A program made the position numbers and the translations under genes. A stretch of DNA of 50,261 nucleotides from Gillisia sp. (GTDB lineage: Bacteria; Bacteroidota; Bacteroidia; Flavobacteriales; Flavobacteriaceae), in contig JAGXIJ010000125.1 in NCBI GenBank assembly GCA_024635675.1, positions 1-50,261 of the forward strand, given 5' to 3'. Below the pieces are notes generated by a model that was not told the DNA's origin, searched no databases, and saw only the letters and a program-made list of their open reading frames with translations. Of the stretch, positions 9,726 through 19,758 are shown one piece after another. How positions within the stretch are numbered: position 1 is the first letter of the stretch; every line of letters starts with the position of its first letter.

Positions 9726-12206
9726 CTACTCAAAAAACCCTAAAAATTTAAGTCCGAAGATAAAGGCTCCATCTGTCTTTCCTTGATAATTAGAGACTAC
9801 ATAATCCAGTCTCAATAATCTATATTTTCCGAATCCTAAATTGTCTATTCCAACAGAAAACTCTGTGTAGGGTTTGTTATTTTCTATTGAAAGGGCGTGT
9901 GCTCCAAGGATTAAATTATAATTCAGTTTATTAATTAAAGGTATTTTTCCAAGGATCCATCCTTGAAAATCCTGTTCGGCATGCAGTTCCAAGTAGTTGT
10001 TTTTTGTACTTAGCTCATAGTATGGTAATAAGTTGAATTTGTTGAGGTAACTACCATTTCCAATTCTAGTCTGATTGCCGGTGAAGTGCTGATAATCCAA
10101 AAATGAGATCTCCTTATCGTTCAAAAAAGCACCTCCTTTTACCGTGTATCCAAAATTACCTTTGTTACCTAGTTGTATTGTTTGAATTAGCGCTACCCGA
10201 ATCTGGTCGAAATTATATTCTTTAATATTCCCTCCAAAACCTTTCTCGTAGGTAAGCCATAGGGTTGGGAATTTGTTGGAAGAGAGATTTACTTTATTAT
10301 CAGGATAGCTTAGGTATTTCTGCCCAAAATCTATTCTTCCCGAAATATTCATTTTAAAGATATGGTGATTTTCGAATGGGGCACTCTCAAAATTTTCTGG
10401 CTGCAGTGGGTCATTGGAAGTATAAGTGACATTGTCTCTATTTACCCATGAATTATTACTAGAATTAAATAATGCATTTCGTTGCTGATAACTAATATCT
10501 GAAAAAAGTCTAAGTCCATTAAACAACTCTTGTTGGTAAGAGATCTCTGCAAACTGCCTTTCGTATAATTTCAAATAATTTCGTTCGAAGAACAGGCTTG
10601 TAATATCATTTATTCTTTCTGAAATTGGAAGCGTTGGGTTTATTTGAGCGGTTTCTACTCCAATCTCCACATTTAATATGGGTTTTGAAATATTGTTGAA
10701 TTTCTTCTGAAAACCTGCTTTTATTCGGAAACGATCATCATTAAACCCATAATTCATCTTGGAGTAAATCCTCCAGTATTTCCCAAAATTATCATCAAGA
10801 TTCTTTCTGAAAGAAACATCTAAAGATGTGTTATATCCCTGAACCGTATTAAAATGAGTTCCAAATAAAGGCGAAGAAATGCTAAACCTTTGTTTTTTAT
10901 AGGAGTTGCTATGGCTGTACCCAAAAAGTATATTAGAGACTGAAAATTTATTCTTTTTGGTATCTATAGAATCCAAATACTTTTTAGAGTTTTTTAATTC
11001 CTGAATACTGTCTTTTTTTAAATAATCGGTTAGCTCTTCGGTAGTAAGTGGCACGGGTCTTATGCTATTCCAGTATAAAGAATCTTTTTTGTTGGCCTGG
11101 TCTGCAAAGCTTAAAACCTCTCTGGTAAAGGTTCTCTTTTCAAATTGAGGCTCGAAATTATAATTGCTATAAACAGCGGTAAATCTCCCGTCTCCACCTA
11201 TACCAAACATGGAAAAACTAAAATCTACAGCCTGACTTATCTTGATCCAAAACTTATTCTCTTCAGAATACTTAAAGTTTTGGGTAAAGGTTAGTTCTTC
11301 AATTGGAGGCACCTGGATGGCCTGTCCGGTAGTTTTAAGTTCTGTTCCATAAATTTGCCAGGAATCTTCCACTATATAAATAAATCCACTAAAAACACGA
11401 TCTTTTGGGCGTTTAGGATTTACCATGATCTTATTTATAAGGTGTCCTTCATCATCATAAAAAATGCCTTCTAACTTATATTCGTAATAATTGAACGCAT
11501 AATCGGAAATGGGAGAAACGATCTCGGCATTGATGTTTATAGTGTTTTTATAAAAGGAAAATTCTGATTCTTCCGCAGAATTTAAGCTGAAACCATTGTC
11601 GTCACCACTTACTTTGGAAGCGATTATTTTTTCTTTAAAATCATCTGGAGCTCGAAAAGTGATTTCAGAAATAGTTTCACTTAGGTAAATTACCCCACTT
11701 CGGGTAGAATCTAAACCTCCACCAAGATCACCAAGCTCTTGCCCCAAGATCTTTTCTGGTGCATTCTTAATTCTCCATAATCCACGGGAGTAATAATTGG
11801 CTGTGTACTGCTCTAATTTTGCGAGATTTTGCTTTCTGGTCGCAATAGCATTTCTAATGATCCTATTGGCAGGATTATCTTTAGAATTCACGATTATCTC
11901 ATCCAGAGTGGTTGTTTCTGAAGTTAACTGTACATCCAGTTGAAACGGGAACTTATCTACAACTATCTTTTTCCTCAGCGTTTGATAACCCAGATATTGA
12001 AAAACTAAATTATACGATCCAGGTTTCGGTAAGCGGAGTTCGAAAACCCCCTCTTCGTTTGTGGTCGTCCCATGAGAGCCATCTTCAGTATAAATATTAA
12101 CATAGGGAAGTAGGTTGTTATGGTCACTAACAGTTCCGGTAACTTGTGCGAATGTAAACTGTGATATGAATAAAAAAAATAGAAGTGATTTTATGCGTCT
12201 ACCCAT
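9726..12206 (-). CDS. Outer-membrane protein with carboxypeptidase regulatory-like N-domain and DUF5686
   Basis: Signal peptide, 'VTGTVSD...LPYVNI...GTTTNEEG.F.L...FQYLGY', 'DNPA.RIIR.AI..R..N', 'VSPIS..AF.YY.YKL', 'W..IRPVPLT.EE'. Confidence 0.85.
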   Translation of the reverse strand: MGRRIKSLLFFLFISQFTFAQVTGTVSDHNNLLPYVNIYTEDGSHGTTTNEEGVFELRLPKPGSYNLVFQYLGYQTLRKKIVVDKFPFQLDVQLTSETTTLDEIIVNSKDNPANRIIRNAIATRKQNLAKLEQYTANYYSRGLWRIKNAPEKILGQELGDLGGGLDSTRSGVIYLSETISEITFRAPDDFKEKIIASKVSGDDNGFSLNSAEESEFSFYKNTININAEIVSPISDYAFNYYEYKLEGIFYDDEGHLINKIMVNPKRPKDRVFSGFIYIVEDSWQIYGTELKTTGQAIQVPPIEELTFTQNFKYSEENKFWIKISQAVDFSFSMFGIGGDGRFTAVYSNYNFEPQFEKRTFTREVLSFADQANKKDSLYWNSIRPVPLTTEELTDYLKKDSIQELKNSKKYLDSIDTKKNKFSVSNILFGYSHSNSYKKQRFSISSPLFGTHFNTVQGYNTSLDVSFRKNLDDNFGKYWRIYSKMNYGFNDDRFRIKAGFQKKFNNISKPILNVEIGVETAQINPTLPISERINDITSLFFERNYLKLYERQFAEISYQQELFNGLRLFSDISYQQRNALFNSSNNSWVNRDNVTYTSNDPLQPENFESAPFENHHIFKMNISGRIDFGQKYLSYPDNKVNLSSNKFPTLWLTYEKGFGGNIKEYNFDQIRVALIQTIQLGNKGNFGYTVKGGAFLNDKEISFLDYQHFTGNQTRIGNGSYLNKFNLLPYYELSTKNNYLELHAEQDFQGWILGKIPLINKLNYNLILGAHALSIENNKPYTEFSVGIDNLGFGKYRLLRLDYVVSNYQGKTDGAFIFGLKFLGFFE

Positions 12207-12260
12207 AAACTGAAGTTCTTCTCTTACAAGGTTTATAAATATAAGTAAAGAGACTGTTAC

Positions 12261-12719
12261 TTAATTAAAGTCTTTTTTAATTCTGTCTAAACTACGTTTG
12301 TTATCTCTGTCCTTTAGAGTTTCCCGCTTGTCATATAGTTTTTTACCCTTTGCTAAAGTGATCTTTAATTTAGCTAAACCCCTGTCGTTAATAAAAAGAT
12401 TGATAGGGATTATAGTAAGTCCAGTATTTTTAACCTCCTTCTCTAATTTTTTCAATTCCCCTTTTTTTAGGAGCAATTTACGCTCACTCTTTGGGTTGTG
12501 ATTAAAATGGGTGGCGTGAGAATACTCTTCTACATGCATGTTAATTACAAAAAGCTCGTGATTCTGAAATTCACAAAAACTTTCGGTAATAGCTGCTTTC
12601 CCCATACGAATAGCTTTGATCTCTGTTCCGGCAAGTTTTATCCCTGCAACATAGGTGTCCAGAAATTCATATTCAAATTTCGCTTTTCGGTTTTTAATAT
12701 TTATGGTATTCTTCTTCAT
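12261..12719 (-). CDS. smpB: SsrA-binding protein
   Basis: NRKAKFEY, AGI.L.GTEIK.IR, RKLLL.K.E, AKGKK.YDKRE. Confidence 0.98.
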   Translation of the reverse strand: MKKNTINIKNRKAKFEYEFLDTYVAGIKLAGTEIKAIRMGKAAITESFCEFQNHELFVINMHVEEYSHATHFNHNPKSERKLLLKKGELKKLEKEVKNTGLTIIPINLFINDRGLAKLKITLAKGKKLYDKRETLKDRDNKRSLDRIKKDFN

Positions 12720-12726
12720 AGAGGCA

Positions 12727-12734
12727 CAAAAATA
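12727..12734 (-). promoter_or_regulatory. sigma70 -7 element (TATTTTTG) 7 nt upstream of smpB ATG
   Basis: Reverse complement of caaaaata. Confidence 0.6.
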
Positions 12735-12923
12735 GGAAGGTTTCTTTAGAAATGCCTATAATGATTTTGTAAAGTTTTAAATCTATAATTCACTAAGTTT
12801 CAGTGCAACATTTTATCAAGTGTAAGGATATAAGAATATTGTAGTCTTAAAAGGTTAATGATAAAGATTATAAAATTTCTATTCTCTTAATTTTTTTATC
12901 TTTACGCCTATTTTAATAGAACT

Positions 12924-13673
12924 ATGAGATACCTTATAATATTTGCGTCATTAGTATTTTTTACTGCATGTCAAGATGAAAAAGAACAAATTTCAGCTGA
13001 CGAAATTATTAATAAAGCCATTGAAAAAGCAGGGGGCGAAAACTATAGAAATGCTACGATCGACTTTAAATTTCGTGAGAATGAATATAAAAGTGTAAGA
13101 AATGGTGGGGAATTTATTTTAGAGCGTAAAATTAAAGACTCCTTGAATACAATCCTGGATGTGGTTAGTAATACAGGATACAAGCGATTTTTAAACGATA
13201 GTTTAGTTACTGTTCCAGATAGTATGGCAGTGAAATACACGGGAAGTATCAATTCTGTACATTATTTTGCGCATTTACCTTATGGCTTAAATGATAAAGC
13301 CGTTAACAAAAAGTTGGTGGGAGATGCAGAAATCAATGGTATGCCTTATTACCAATTAAAAGTCACTTTTAGCCAGAATGATGGAGGTACAGATCATCAT
13401 GATGAGTTTTTATATTGGATTAATAAAGAAACTTTCACAATAGATTACCTGGCTTATAAATTTCATATAAATGAAGGCGGACTTCGTTTTAGAGAGGCCT
13501 ATAATCCACGCATTATTGAAGGAATTCGTTTTGTAGATTATAAAAACTATACTCAGGAGGATTTCAATACAGATCTATGCCAGCTAGACGAATTGTTTGA
13601 AGAAGGGAAACTAAAGTTGTTATCTACCATAGAGACCGAAAATGTCAAGGTGATGTTGAATAGATCTATGTAA
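12924..13673 (+). CDS. DUF6503-like lipoprotein
   Basis: Lipobox FTAC; 'SINSVHYFAHLPYGLND.AV', 'GGLRFREAYNPR', typical of this Flavobacteriaceae family. Confidence 0.75.
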   Translation: MRYLIIFASLVFFTACQDEKEQISADEIINKAIEKAGGENYRNATIDFKFRENEYKSVRNGGEFILERKIKDSLNTILDVVSNTGYKRFLNDSLVTVPDSMAVKYTGSINSVHYFAHLPYGLNDKAVNKKLVGDAEINGMPYYQLKVTFSQNDGGTDHHDEFLYWINKETFTIDYLAYKFHINEGGLRFREAYNPRIIEGIRFVDYKNYTQEDFNTDLCQLDELFEEGKLKLLSTIETENVKVMLNRSM

Positions 13674-13714
13674 TAAATTTTTAGAAGGAATGATTCTCAA
13701 GTTTTTTTCTGAAG

Positions 13715-14383
13715 TTAACTTGTCTTGATATATCCGTTGTTTTCCAGGTCTATTGGATCTAAGATCTCTATTTTATGTCCATCTTTCAAAAGAAAATTAG
13801 TATTGGTGACGTCTAAAACATCACGGTAATAATGATCTGTTACAATTATACCTTTAGTTTTGTTAAGGTTGCGTAAAAGCTCTTTAAGTAGTTCCTTATA
13901 AAGTGGCTCCAACATTGAGAATGGCTCGTCTAGCATAATAAAAGGATGATCCAAAGAACCTACCAGCAATATTTCCAGATATCGTAATTGCCCCATGGAA
14001 AGCTTCCCGATTTTTGTATTGTCGAATTTAGAAACCCCGGGGGCATAAAAAACCTTATTCTGCTTTTCTTCATCATTGTAAAAAAGAGGGATTATATCCC
14101 TAACCTTAGTTCCCTTTGGCAAAAAACTGTCTTGTGGTAAATATCCAATGAGTTGGCGAGGGATTATTTCGTTGACTTCAATTATTTCCGAATCAAACTT
14201 TATCTGGATATGATCAGCAGGCAAGGTTCCAAACATCATTTTTAAGAGGCTGGATTTTCCGCTTCCATTTCTTCCGAAGATGCCTAGAATATCACCAGTC
14301 TTTAAATTAAAAGCAATGTTCTCTAAAATTCTTTTTTTACCGAAAGATTTATAGGCTCCGCTTATCTCTAAAAGATGACTCAT
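13715..14383 (-). CDS. ABC transporter ATP-binding protein (LptB-like)
   Basis: Walker A GRNGSGKS, Q-loop YLPQ, signature LSMGQ, Walker B IMLDEP, H-loop TDH. Confidence 0.9.
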   Translation of the reverse strand: MSHLLEISGAYKSFGKKRILENIAFNLKTGDILGIFGRNGSGKSSLLKMMFGTLPADHIQIKFDSEIIEVNEIIPRQLIGYLPQDSFLPKGTKVRDIIPLFYNDEEKQNKVFYAPGVSKFDNTKIGKLSMGQLRYLEILLVGSLDHPFIMLDEPFSMLEPLYKELLKELLRNLNKTKGIIVTDHYYRDVLDVTNTNFLLKDGHKIEILDPIDLENNGYIKTS

Positions 14384-14386
14384 AAT

Positions 14387-14665
14387 TTATATAGATAAAG
14401 CGATTATTAGTAATGGAAGTGCCACAATTAAATTAAGTACCCAAACCATTTTTAGCAATTTCAACTTATTAAAACCAAGATTGAAATATAGGTTGTATTC
14501 GTTATTTTTAAAATGTTGGAAGGCGAATCGGCCCACAAAGATGCCGAGGGAACAAAACATAAAAATGCCCCAATACCTATTGAATAAATACATGATGAAT
14601 AAGGAAAAGATTAAATTCACGATATTAATATCGATATAATAACTCCAAATTGCTCTTACATTCAT
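14387..14665 (-). CDS. Small hypothetical membrane protein (about 3 TM) cotranscribed with the ABC ATPase
   Basis: Hydrophobic segments around 'NEYNLYFNLG'; ends 3 nt before the ATPase ATG. Confidence 0.7.
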   Translation of the reverse strand: MNVRAIWSYYIDINIVNLIFSLFIMYLFNRYWGIFMFCSLGIFVGRFAFQHFKNNEYNLYFNLGFNKLKLLKMVWVLNLIVALPLLIIALSI

Positions 14666-14796
14666 TTTCTAAAAAATAAAATAGGTGATGAAGTTAACAT
14701 TTTTGTGAACACAAATTCTAATCAGTAGCTATCTCATTTTGGACCTTAGGAAATTTAATTCTAAAATAGAATGGTACAGGAAGCTTAATGGCCCTA

Positions 14797-14912
14797 GAGA
14801 TCTCTCCTAAAATCGGGAGGACAATTGAACGCGATGTCATTCTGAACGCAGGGAAGAATCTCAATGGAGCAGGACCCTTCTACTAAGAGATCCCTCATTC
14901 GTCGGGATGGCA
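14797..14912. repeat. Degenerate TGTC/CGTC-type REP cluster (about 3 units)
   Basis: TGTCATTCTGAACGCAGGGAAGAATCTC (14835-14862) faces GAGATCCCTCATTCGTCGGGATGGCA (14887-14912); a further GAGATCTCTCC...GGGAGGACA lies at 14797-14823. Confidence 0.6.
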
Positions 14913-14915
14913 ATC

Positions 14916-16103
14916 TTAGGCCGGTTTTATCTCATTTTGCATATTTGAAACTCTAAAGATAAAGTAAAGCGCTACCATAAGGGTAGTTATTCCTGAGATC
15001 CAAAACGCCACTGAAGATCCATAATAATACCATATTAATCCGGTCCATCCACTGGCTAAAAGTGCGCAAATACTCTGAAATCCGGAATATGTTCCAATTG
15101 CAGTGGCGGTATCTTCAGTAGCTACGATGTTACTAATCCAGGCTTTCGAAATACCCTCGGTTGCTGCAGCAAATATCCCGTAAAGAAAGAAGAGGATGAA
15201 AAGATTATAGAGGTCTAACTTTTGTGACATCCCAAAATAAACAGCGGAAAACAATATAAGGCCAAATATAAAAATTAGGCGAAGTCCAATTTTGTCGGCA
15301 ATAACTCCTAAAGGAAAAGCAAAAATGGCGTAGATGAGATTATAAAAAATATATAATCCAATGATCAAAGGGTCTTCAATACCTATTTCCTTTACTTTTA
15401 ATAAAAGAAACACATCTGAACTATTTACTAAAGCAAAAACAAGTAGTCCAAATACTACCTTTCTATAATTGCCGGGACTGGTTTTCCAATAGCTTAGAAA
15501 TGAAAAAAAGGAGGGTGTGGCTATTTTTGCTTTTTGCCTTGATGCATTGTCCTTCAGATAAAAAGTAGCAACAATAGCAAGAACGCCGGGAATGGCTGCA
15601 AGATAAAATAAGCTTATATAGTTTTCAGGATAATAATAAAGATAGATAAGTGCTAAGCCGGGACCCAAAACAGCACCTAGGGTATCCATGGACCTGTGAA
15701 ATCCAAACACCTTACCTTTTGTAAGTGGAGTAGCTTCTTCAGAAAGGATGGCATCCCTGGCTCCTGTTCGTATGCCTTTCCCTAACCTATCTATAGAGCG
15801 AAGTAGAAAGATCCAAACCGGCAATATAAAAATTGCCATTAGCGGCTTGGAAAGTGCACTAAAAGCATATCCTATTTGTACAAATGGTACTCGTTTCCCC
15901 GACTTATCCGATAATTTTCCGAAATATCCTTTGCTAAGGCCTGCCATTGCTTCGGCAAAGCCTTCTAAAATTCCAATTAATACAATTGAGAATCCTATAG
16001 ATTTTAAATAGATAGGAAGTATAGGATATAGCATTTCACTGGCCATATCGGTAAATAGACTTACTACCGATAGTATCCAGATGGTTCTGCTTATATATTT
16101 CAA
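14916..16103 (-). CDS. MFS transporter
   Basis: About 12 TM; motif A 'G.LSDKSGKR' and 'GVIADKIG'; 'DRLGKGIRTGARDA', 'FGFHRSMDTLGA'. Confidence 0.9.
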   Translation of the reverse strand: MKYISRTIWILSVVSLFTDMASEMLYPILPIYLKSIGFSIVLIGILEGFAEAMAGLSKGYFGKLSDKSGKRVPFVQIGYAFSALSKPLMAIFILPVWIFLLRSIDRLGKGIRTGARDAILSEEATPLTKGKVFGFHRSMDTLGAVLGPGLALIYLYYYPENYISLFYLAAIPGVLAIVATFYLKDNASRQKAKIATPSFFSFLSYWKTSPGNYRKVVFGLLVFALVNSSDVFLLLKVKEIGIEDPLIIGLYIFYNLIYAIFAFPLGVIADKIGLRLIFIFGLILFSAVYFGMSQKLDLYNLFILFFLYGIFAAATEGISKAWISNIVATEDTATAIGTYSGFQSICALLASGWTGLIWYYYGSSVAFWISGITTLMVALYFIFRVSNMQNEIKPA

Positions 16104-16169
16104 AATTTATGGAATGCTATCATAGGTCTATTAGGTATTTTCAAACTAAATTAAAACTGGTTCATCTGT

Positions 16170-16550
16170 TTATTCTTGCGAATGTATCCCTACTTTATTT
16201 CCTTCGGTATCTTCAATAAAAGCGATAAATCCGTGTTCTCCAATAGACATTTTGGGCACTAATATTTTTCCACCAGCATTTTCTACTCTTGCCAAAACAG
16301 GATCCAGATTTGGATTTGCGTTTAAATAAATAATAGAACCTTCATTTGATGGTTTATGCATATCGCTTTCTACCAATGCACCGGTAGCTTTACCGGAACT
16401 AGAATCGCCTGGAAAAAATGCCATTAGTGCATTAGGCATTTCGCTTAATGGCATTTCGATAGAAAAGATCTCCTCGTAGAACTTCTTACTTCTTTTAATA
16501 TCCGAAGCCGGAATTTCGAACCAATTTAATGCGTTTGTTGAATTGTTCAT
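16170..16550 (-). CDS. VOC (glyoxalase/bleomycin resistance) family protein
   Basis: WFEIP..D..R...FY, GG.ILVPK, F..DTEGN.VG.H. Confidence 0.9.
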   Translation of the reverse strand: MNNSTNALNWFEIPASDIKRSKKFYEEIFSIEMPLSEMPNALMAFFPGDSSSGKATGALVESDMHKPSNEGSIIYLNANPNLDPVLARVENAGGKILVPKMSIGEHGFIAFIEDTEGNKVGIHSQE

Positions 16551-16617
16551 ATCTCGCTATTTAAGGATTATTACTTCAGTTTAAAAAGAGGAGCAAAACA
16601 ATCTTGAACCAATATGA

Positions 16618-16932
16618 TTATGGATTTATCCCATATCCACCTAAAACATCAATTTCCTTCCCTATTTCAGGTGGAGTAGCAAGTAGATGCATAGCTTGAG
16701 ATATAAGCTCTTTTACGCCTATTATCGATAAGGAATTATCATGATCTTCTTTAGAATCCCATATTTCGGTAGTCCATACCGTATTTGAATCTTCACGATC
16801 TAAACTCACTAGGTATAATTGACAGCCGTTTGCTGTTGAAACCAATTCTGAAGCTTTTAATAAAATAGATGCGAGTTTCTCTCCATTGTTTTCAGTGCAT
16901 TTGAATTTTACGCTAAGTCCGTATTTATACAT
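16618..16932 (-). CDS. Antibiotic biosynthesis monooxygenase (ABM) family / putative quinol monooxygenase
   Basis: GC.LYLV, VW.TE.W.SKE.HD.SL. Confidence 0.85.
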   Translation of the reverse strand: MYKYGLSVKFKCTENNGEKLASILLKASELVSTANGCQLYLVSLDREDSNTVWTTEIWDSKEDHDNSLSIIGVKELISQAMHLLATPPEIGKEIDVLGGYGINP

Positions 16933-17066
16933 AGTTTGAATTTTGTAGGGTATTAATAAATGTTAAGACTATAAATTTAGAACTTTATTTTGAAATATGT
17001 TAATATGGGGTTTTGAGTTTATAAAATTCAATTTTAATTAGCTTTCACTTATAAAAAGAAACAAAA

Positions 17067-17512
17067 TTATCTTTTAAACTTAGATTCATATATCGTGATC
17101 CATTCTTCATTAGTCATCTTCGAGGCTAGTTCGCCAATTAACTCAAAAGGGATTTGTTCCGGTTTCTTGAAACGAATACAGCTTTTTCCCATATCGAGTT
17201 TCATATTACTATGCTTCGGGAATTCAGTTACAAACCAATCCAGTAAATTTTTATCGGCATAAATTCCCATGTGATATACTGCAATAAAATTTTTCTGGGA
17301 GGCAATATTCATAAAGGGTAGCGGAAGTTCCGGGGTGCAATGATACCCGGCAGGATATATACTATGAGGAACTACATAACCAATCATCCCATAACTCATG
17401 GTTTCCTGAAATCCTGCAGGCAAATTTTCTTTGATAACCAATCGTAATTTTGACATTGCCTTTTGGCGATCTTCTTTATATACTCATCTGGTGATGCTGC
17501 TTGTATTTGCAT
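17067..17512 (-). pseudogene. DUF1801 (YdhG-like) protein, frame-disrupted near the 5' end
   Basis: ATG 17512 gives MQIQAASPDEYI, then the reading continues in another frame as EDRQKAMSKLR...GYVVPH..YP.GYHC...DMGKSCIRF. 56 nt separate the two ATGs (not a multiple of 3). The ORF track shows only 17067-17456. Confidence 0.8.
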
Positions 17513-17532
17513 AATAAAATTGATTTAATGAA

Positions 17533-17966
17533 CTAATTCATTTTTCCATTTCTCAAATTAATACCTGTATATAAATATGCCTTCAGGGAACAAAGGAAAT
17601 CTGTCCATCCTTGAGTTTGTTGCATGACTTTCTTTATTCCCTCATCATCAGATTCAAAAGAATCTTCGGTAATAACCACCTTAGTTTTATTTTCTCCTTC
17701 AGAAGAAAAAGACATAGATACTTGCGATTTATTTCCACTTGCTTCCCAGTCAAAAGTGATCTGTTCGTTTTCAATCAGTTTTAGAACCTCCACATTTATT
17801 TTTGCGTTATAATCCTTAAATTCCCAGATAATCTTTTTTCCTTCAGCAAGACTTTCACTGGTATCAGACACAAAATACCTGGTAATTTGCGTAGGGTCTT
17901 CAATAGCATTAAATACTTTTCTAATGGTCTAAAAATAGTATCTGAGACCTTTACCTGAATGCTCAT
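17533..17966 (-). pseudogene. SRPBCC/AHSA1 (START-like) protein with 1-nt deletion
   Basis: ATG 17966 gives MSIQVKVSDTIFRPLE; adding one A to the A4 run (17917-17920) gives KVFNAIEDPTQITRYFVSDTSE..., in frame with ORF 17533-17871 (GWTDFL..LKAYL). Confidence 0.85.
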
Positions 17967-18058
17967 AAATTATAATAGTTAGAAGATTAAATTTAGTAGA
18001 ATTATATGTTTTTTAATTCCGAATTTACTCAATTGAATCAGATTGAAAATCACCAAAT

Positions 18059-18553
18059 TTAGAATAGCCTTATCTTCATTTTTTTATATTGATTAAGATC
18101 CAATACATCCCCCATTAAAAATTTCCCGGTCACCTTTAAGTAGGGTTTAGTTACCTTAATTGGCAGTTCGAAGATCAAAGTAGTGGTTTCTTCAGATTTA
18201 GGATGCGTGTGATATTCTTTTTCCCATCCAAAGGGCTCTCTATCATTTAGTTTAATTTGAAGATCTTTATTGTTGTTATAGATGTTACCCTTAGAATCTA
18301 CCACATAGGCAATAGAATTGTTCCAAGTATGTTCCACAACTTCGGCATTATTAATTACCTTAAATTTAACTCTATACCTTTTAGTATATTCGTCAATGGG
18401 CAAAATCTCGAAATCGGTTACTAAATATTCAAAATCATCATGCTGGATACTTTCATTTAGTCCAAGCTCAAGATTTTCTGAATCATTCTTACAGGAAATC
18501 GATAATGCCAGTATTAATAGCAAACAAAATAGGGGTGTCTTAAATCTTTTCAT
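18059..18553 (-). CDS. Hypothetical lipoprotein (DUF4352-like Ig fold)
   Basis: Lipobox SISC; 'V.F.VIN', 'VVDSKGN.Y', 'LIFELP'. Confidence 0.65.
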   Translation of the reverse strand: MKRFKTPLFCLLLILALSISCKNDSENLELGLNESIQHDDFEYLVTDFEILPIDEYTKRYRVKFKVINNAEVVEHTWNNSIAYVVDSKGNIYNNNKDLQIKLNDREPFGWEKEYHTHPKSEETTTLIFELPIKVTKPYLKVTGKFLMGDVLDLNQYKKMKIRLF

Positions 18554-18595
18554 ATGGAAAGTATATACTTTTAATGTTTTGTTTATAATTAGAAG

Positions 18596-18997
18596 TTATC
18601 TATAAATTTTTGATAGTGAAATTAGTACTTCCATTGCTTTTTCAGAGTCTTTTGTATCTACAAAAATATGGTCATGATAGTATCCAGCAATAACATTACA
18701 ACTTATATTATTTTTTGCTAATTCAGTTGAAAAAATAGCAGTCAAACCAACAGCTTCTAAAGAGGAGTGAACTTGTAAGGTAATCCAGGAAGAAACATAT
18801 TCATATCCAAGATTTAATTCGTCTGCCTTTTTTCGTTCCAAAACAATAGTAATTCCTTCCTTTTCCTGAAACTCACAAATAGTGTCTTTTCTATCAATTT
18901 TATCAATATCTCTAACAGTTGAAAACACGAATTCCCCCTCATGTAGTTGTGGAGTCATTCTTTTAATTAATTCAGATAAATTTGTTTCTCCTGCCAT
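18596..18997 (-). CDS. ACT-domain protein (DUF2241/ACT_3 + ACT_7)
   Basis: [44 protein letters not shown]. Confidence 0.9.
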   Translation of the reverse strand: MAGETNLSELIKRMTPQLHEGEFVFSTVRDIDKIDRKDTICEFQEKEGITIVLERKKADELNLGYEYVSSWITLQVHSSLEAVGLTAIFSTELAKNNISCNVIAGYYHDHIFVDTKDSEKAMEVLISLSKIYR

Positions 18998-19085
18998 ATA
19001 TTTTAGTGTAAATTTATTTTTATAATTAATTGTAAAAATAAAACATATTAATTTTGAAATATTGGATAGTAAGAGATGAAAACTT

Positions 19086-19579
19086 TTAAGTATTTAACAT
19101 CCCTTTCAATCTGGCATCTTTGTTTCTTAAACCCAAACCTCCTTCATAAACCGATTTTAAATTTACCAGATAAAAAGCCCAACCGGAGTCACACCCTAAA
19201 CGAACATTCTTTTTAGAATTTTCATCTGTAGGAATGTTCTTTTGGGTAAGTTCTACAATAGTAAATTCATCTTGTTGGGTTAGCTGTACATCTACTAAAC
19301 AATCTCCTGCAAAAGTAAATTGTAAATGGTCTTTTCCGTTAGCCTTTGTGATTGTGCCTATTTCTAATGCATCATATAGGTACCAAGACCACTCAAAGAA
19401 CTACCTTCTTTAACAGCTGTTTGTTTCTTTAAAGTCTTTCCGTCTGTAGTGTAATACTTTGTTTTACTTAAAAACCATTTATCAATTTCAGAAGGAATTG
19501 TCCAGGCGGCGTATATTTTATCAAGATTTGCCTTGATCGCAATTTTTTTTAAAAACTGAGTCCAATCAAAATTTTTCAT
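19086..19579 (-). pseudogene. SRPBCC/AHSA1 protein with 1-nt deletion
   Basis: MKNFDWTQF...KEGSS; adding one T at 19395-19397 gives FEWSWYLYDALEIGTITKANGKDHLQFTFAGDCLVDVQL...RLGCDSGWAFYLVNLKSVYEGGLGLRNK...MLNT* (stop 19086-19088), 164 aa when restored. Confidence 0.88.
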
Positions 19580-19701
19580 AGTATATTGTTAAATGTCAGA
19601 TAGTTAGCTATTGTGAGTGATATAAATTTACGAAAAATAAAAATAAATTTCAGGAATGGATATTTCGTAATATTTAGATTCCTATTATAATTTATTTACA
19701 T

Positions 19702-19709
19702 TATTTTTG
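19702..19709 (+). promoter_or_regulatory. sigma70 -7 element (TATTTTTG)
   Basis: Consensus match about 50 nt upstream of ATG 19759. Confidence 0.55.
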
Positions 19710-19758
19710 CGAAAATTTAACAATCAAATAATTTCTACCTAAAATTAAAATTTTACAA

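Noticed and set aside
13715-19579. Integron-like cassette array of small co-oriented genes
   Set aside because: No integrase and no repeated attC-like inverted cores in the spacers.
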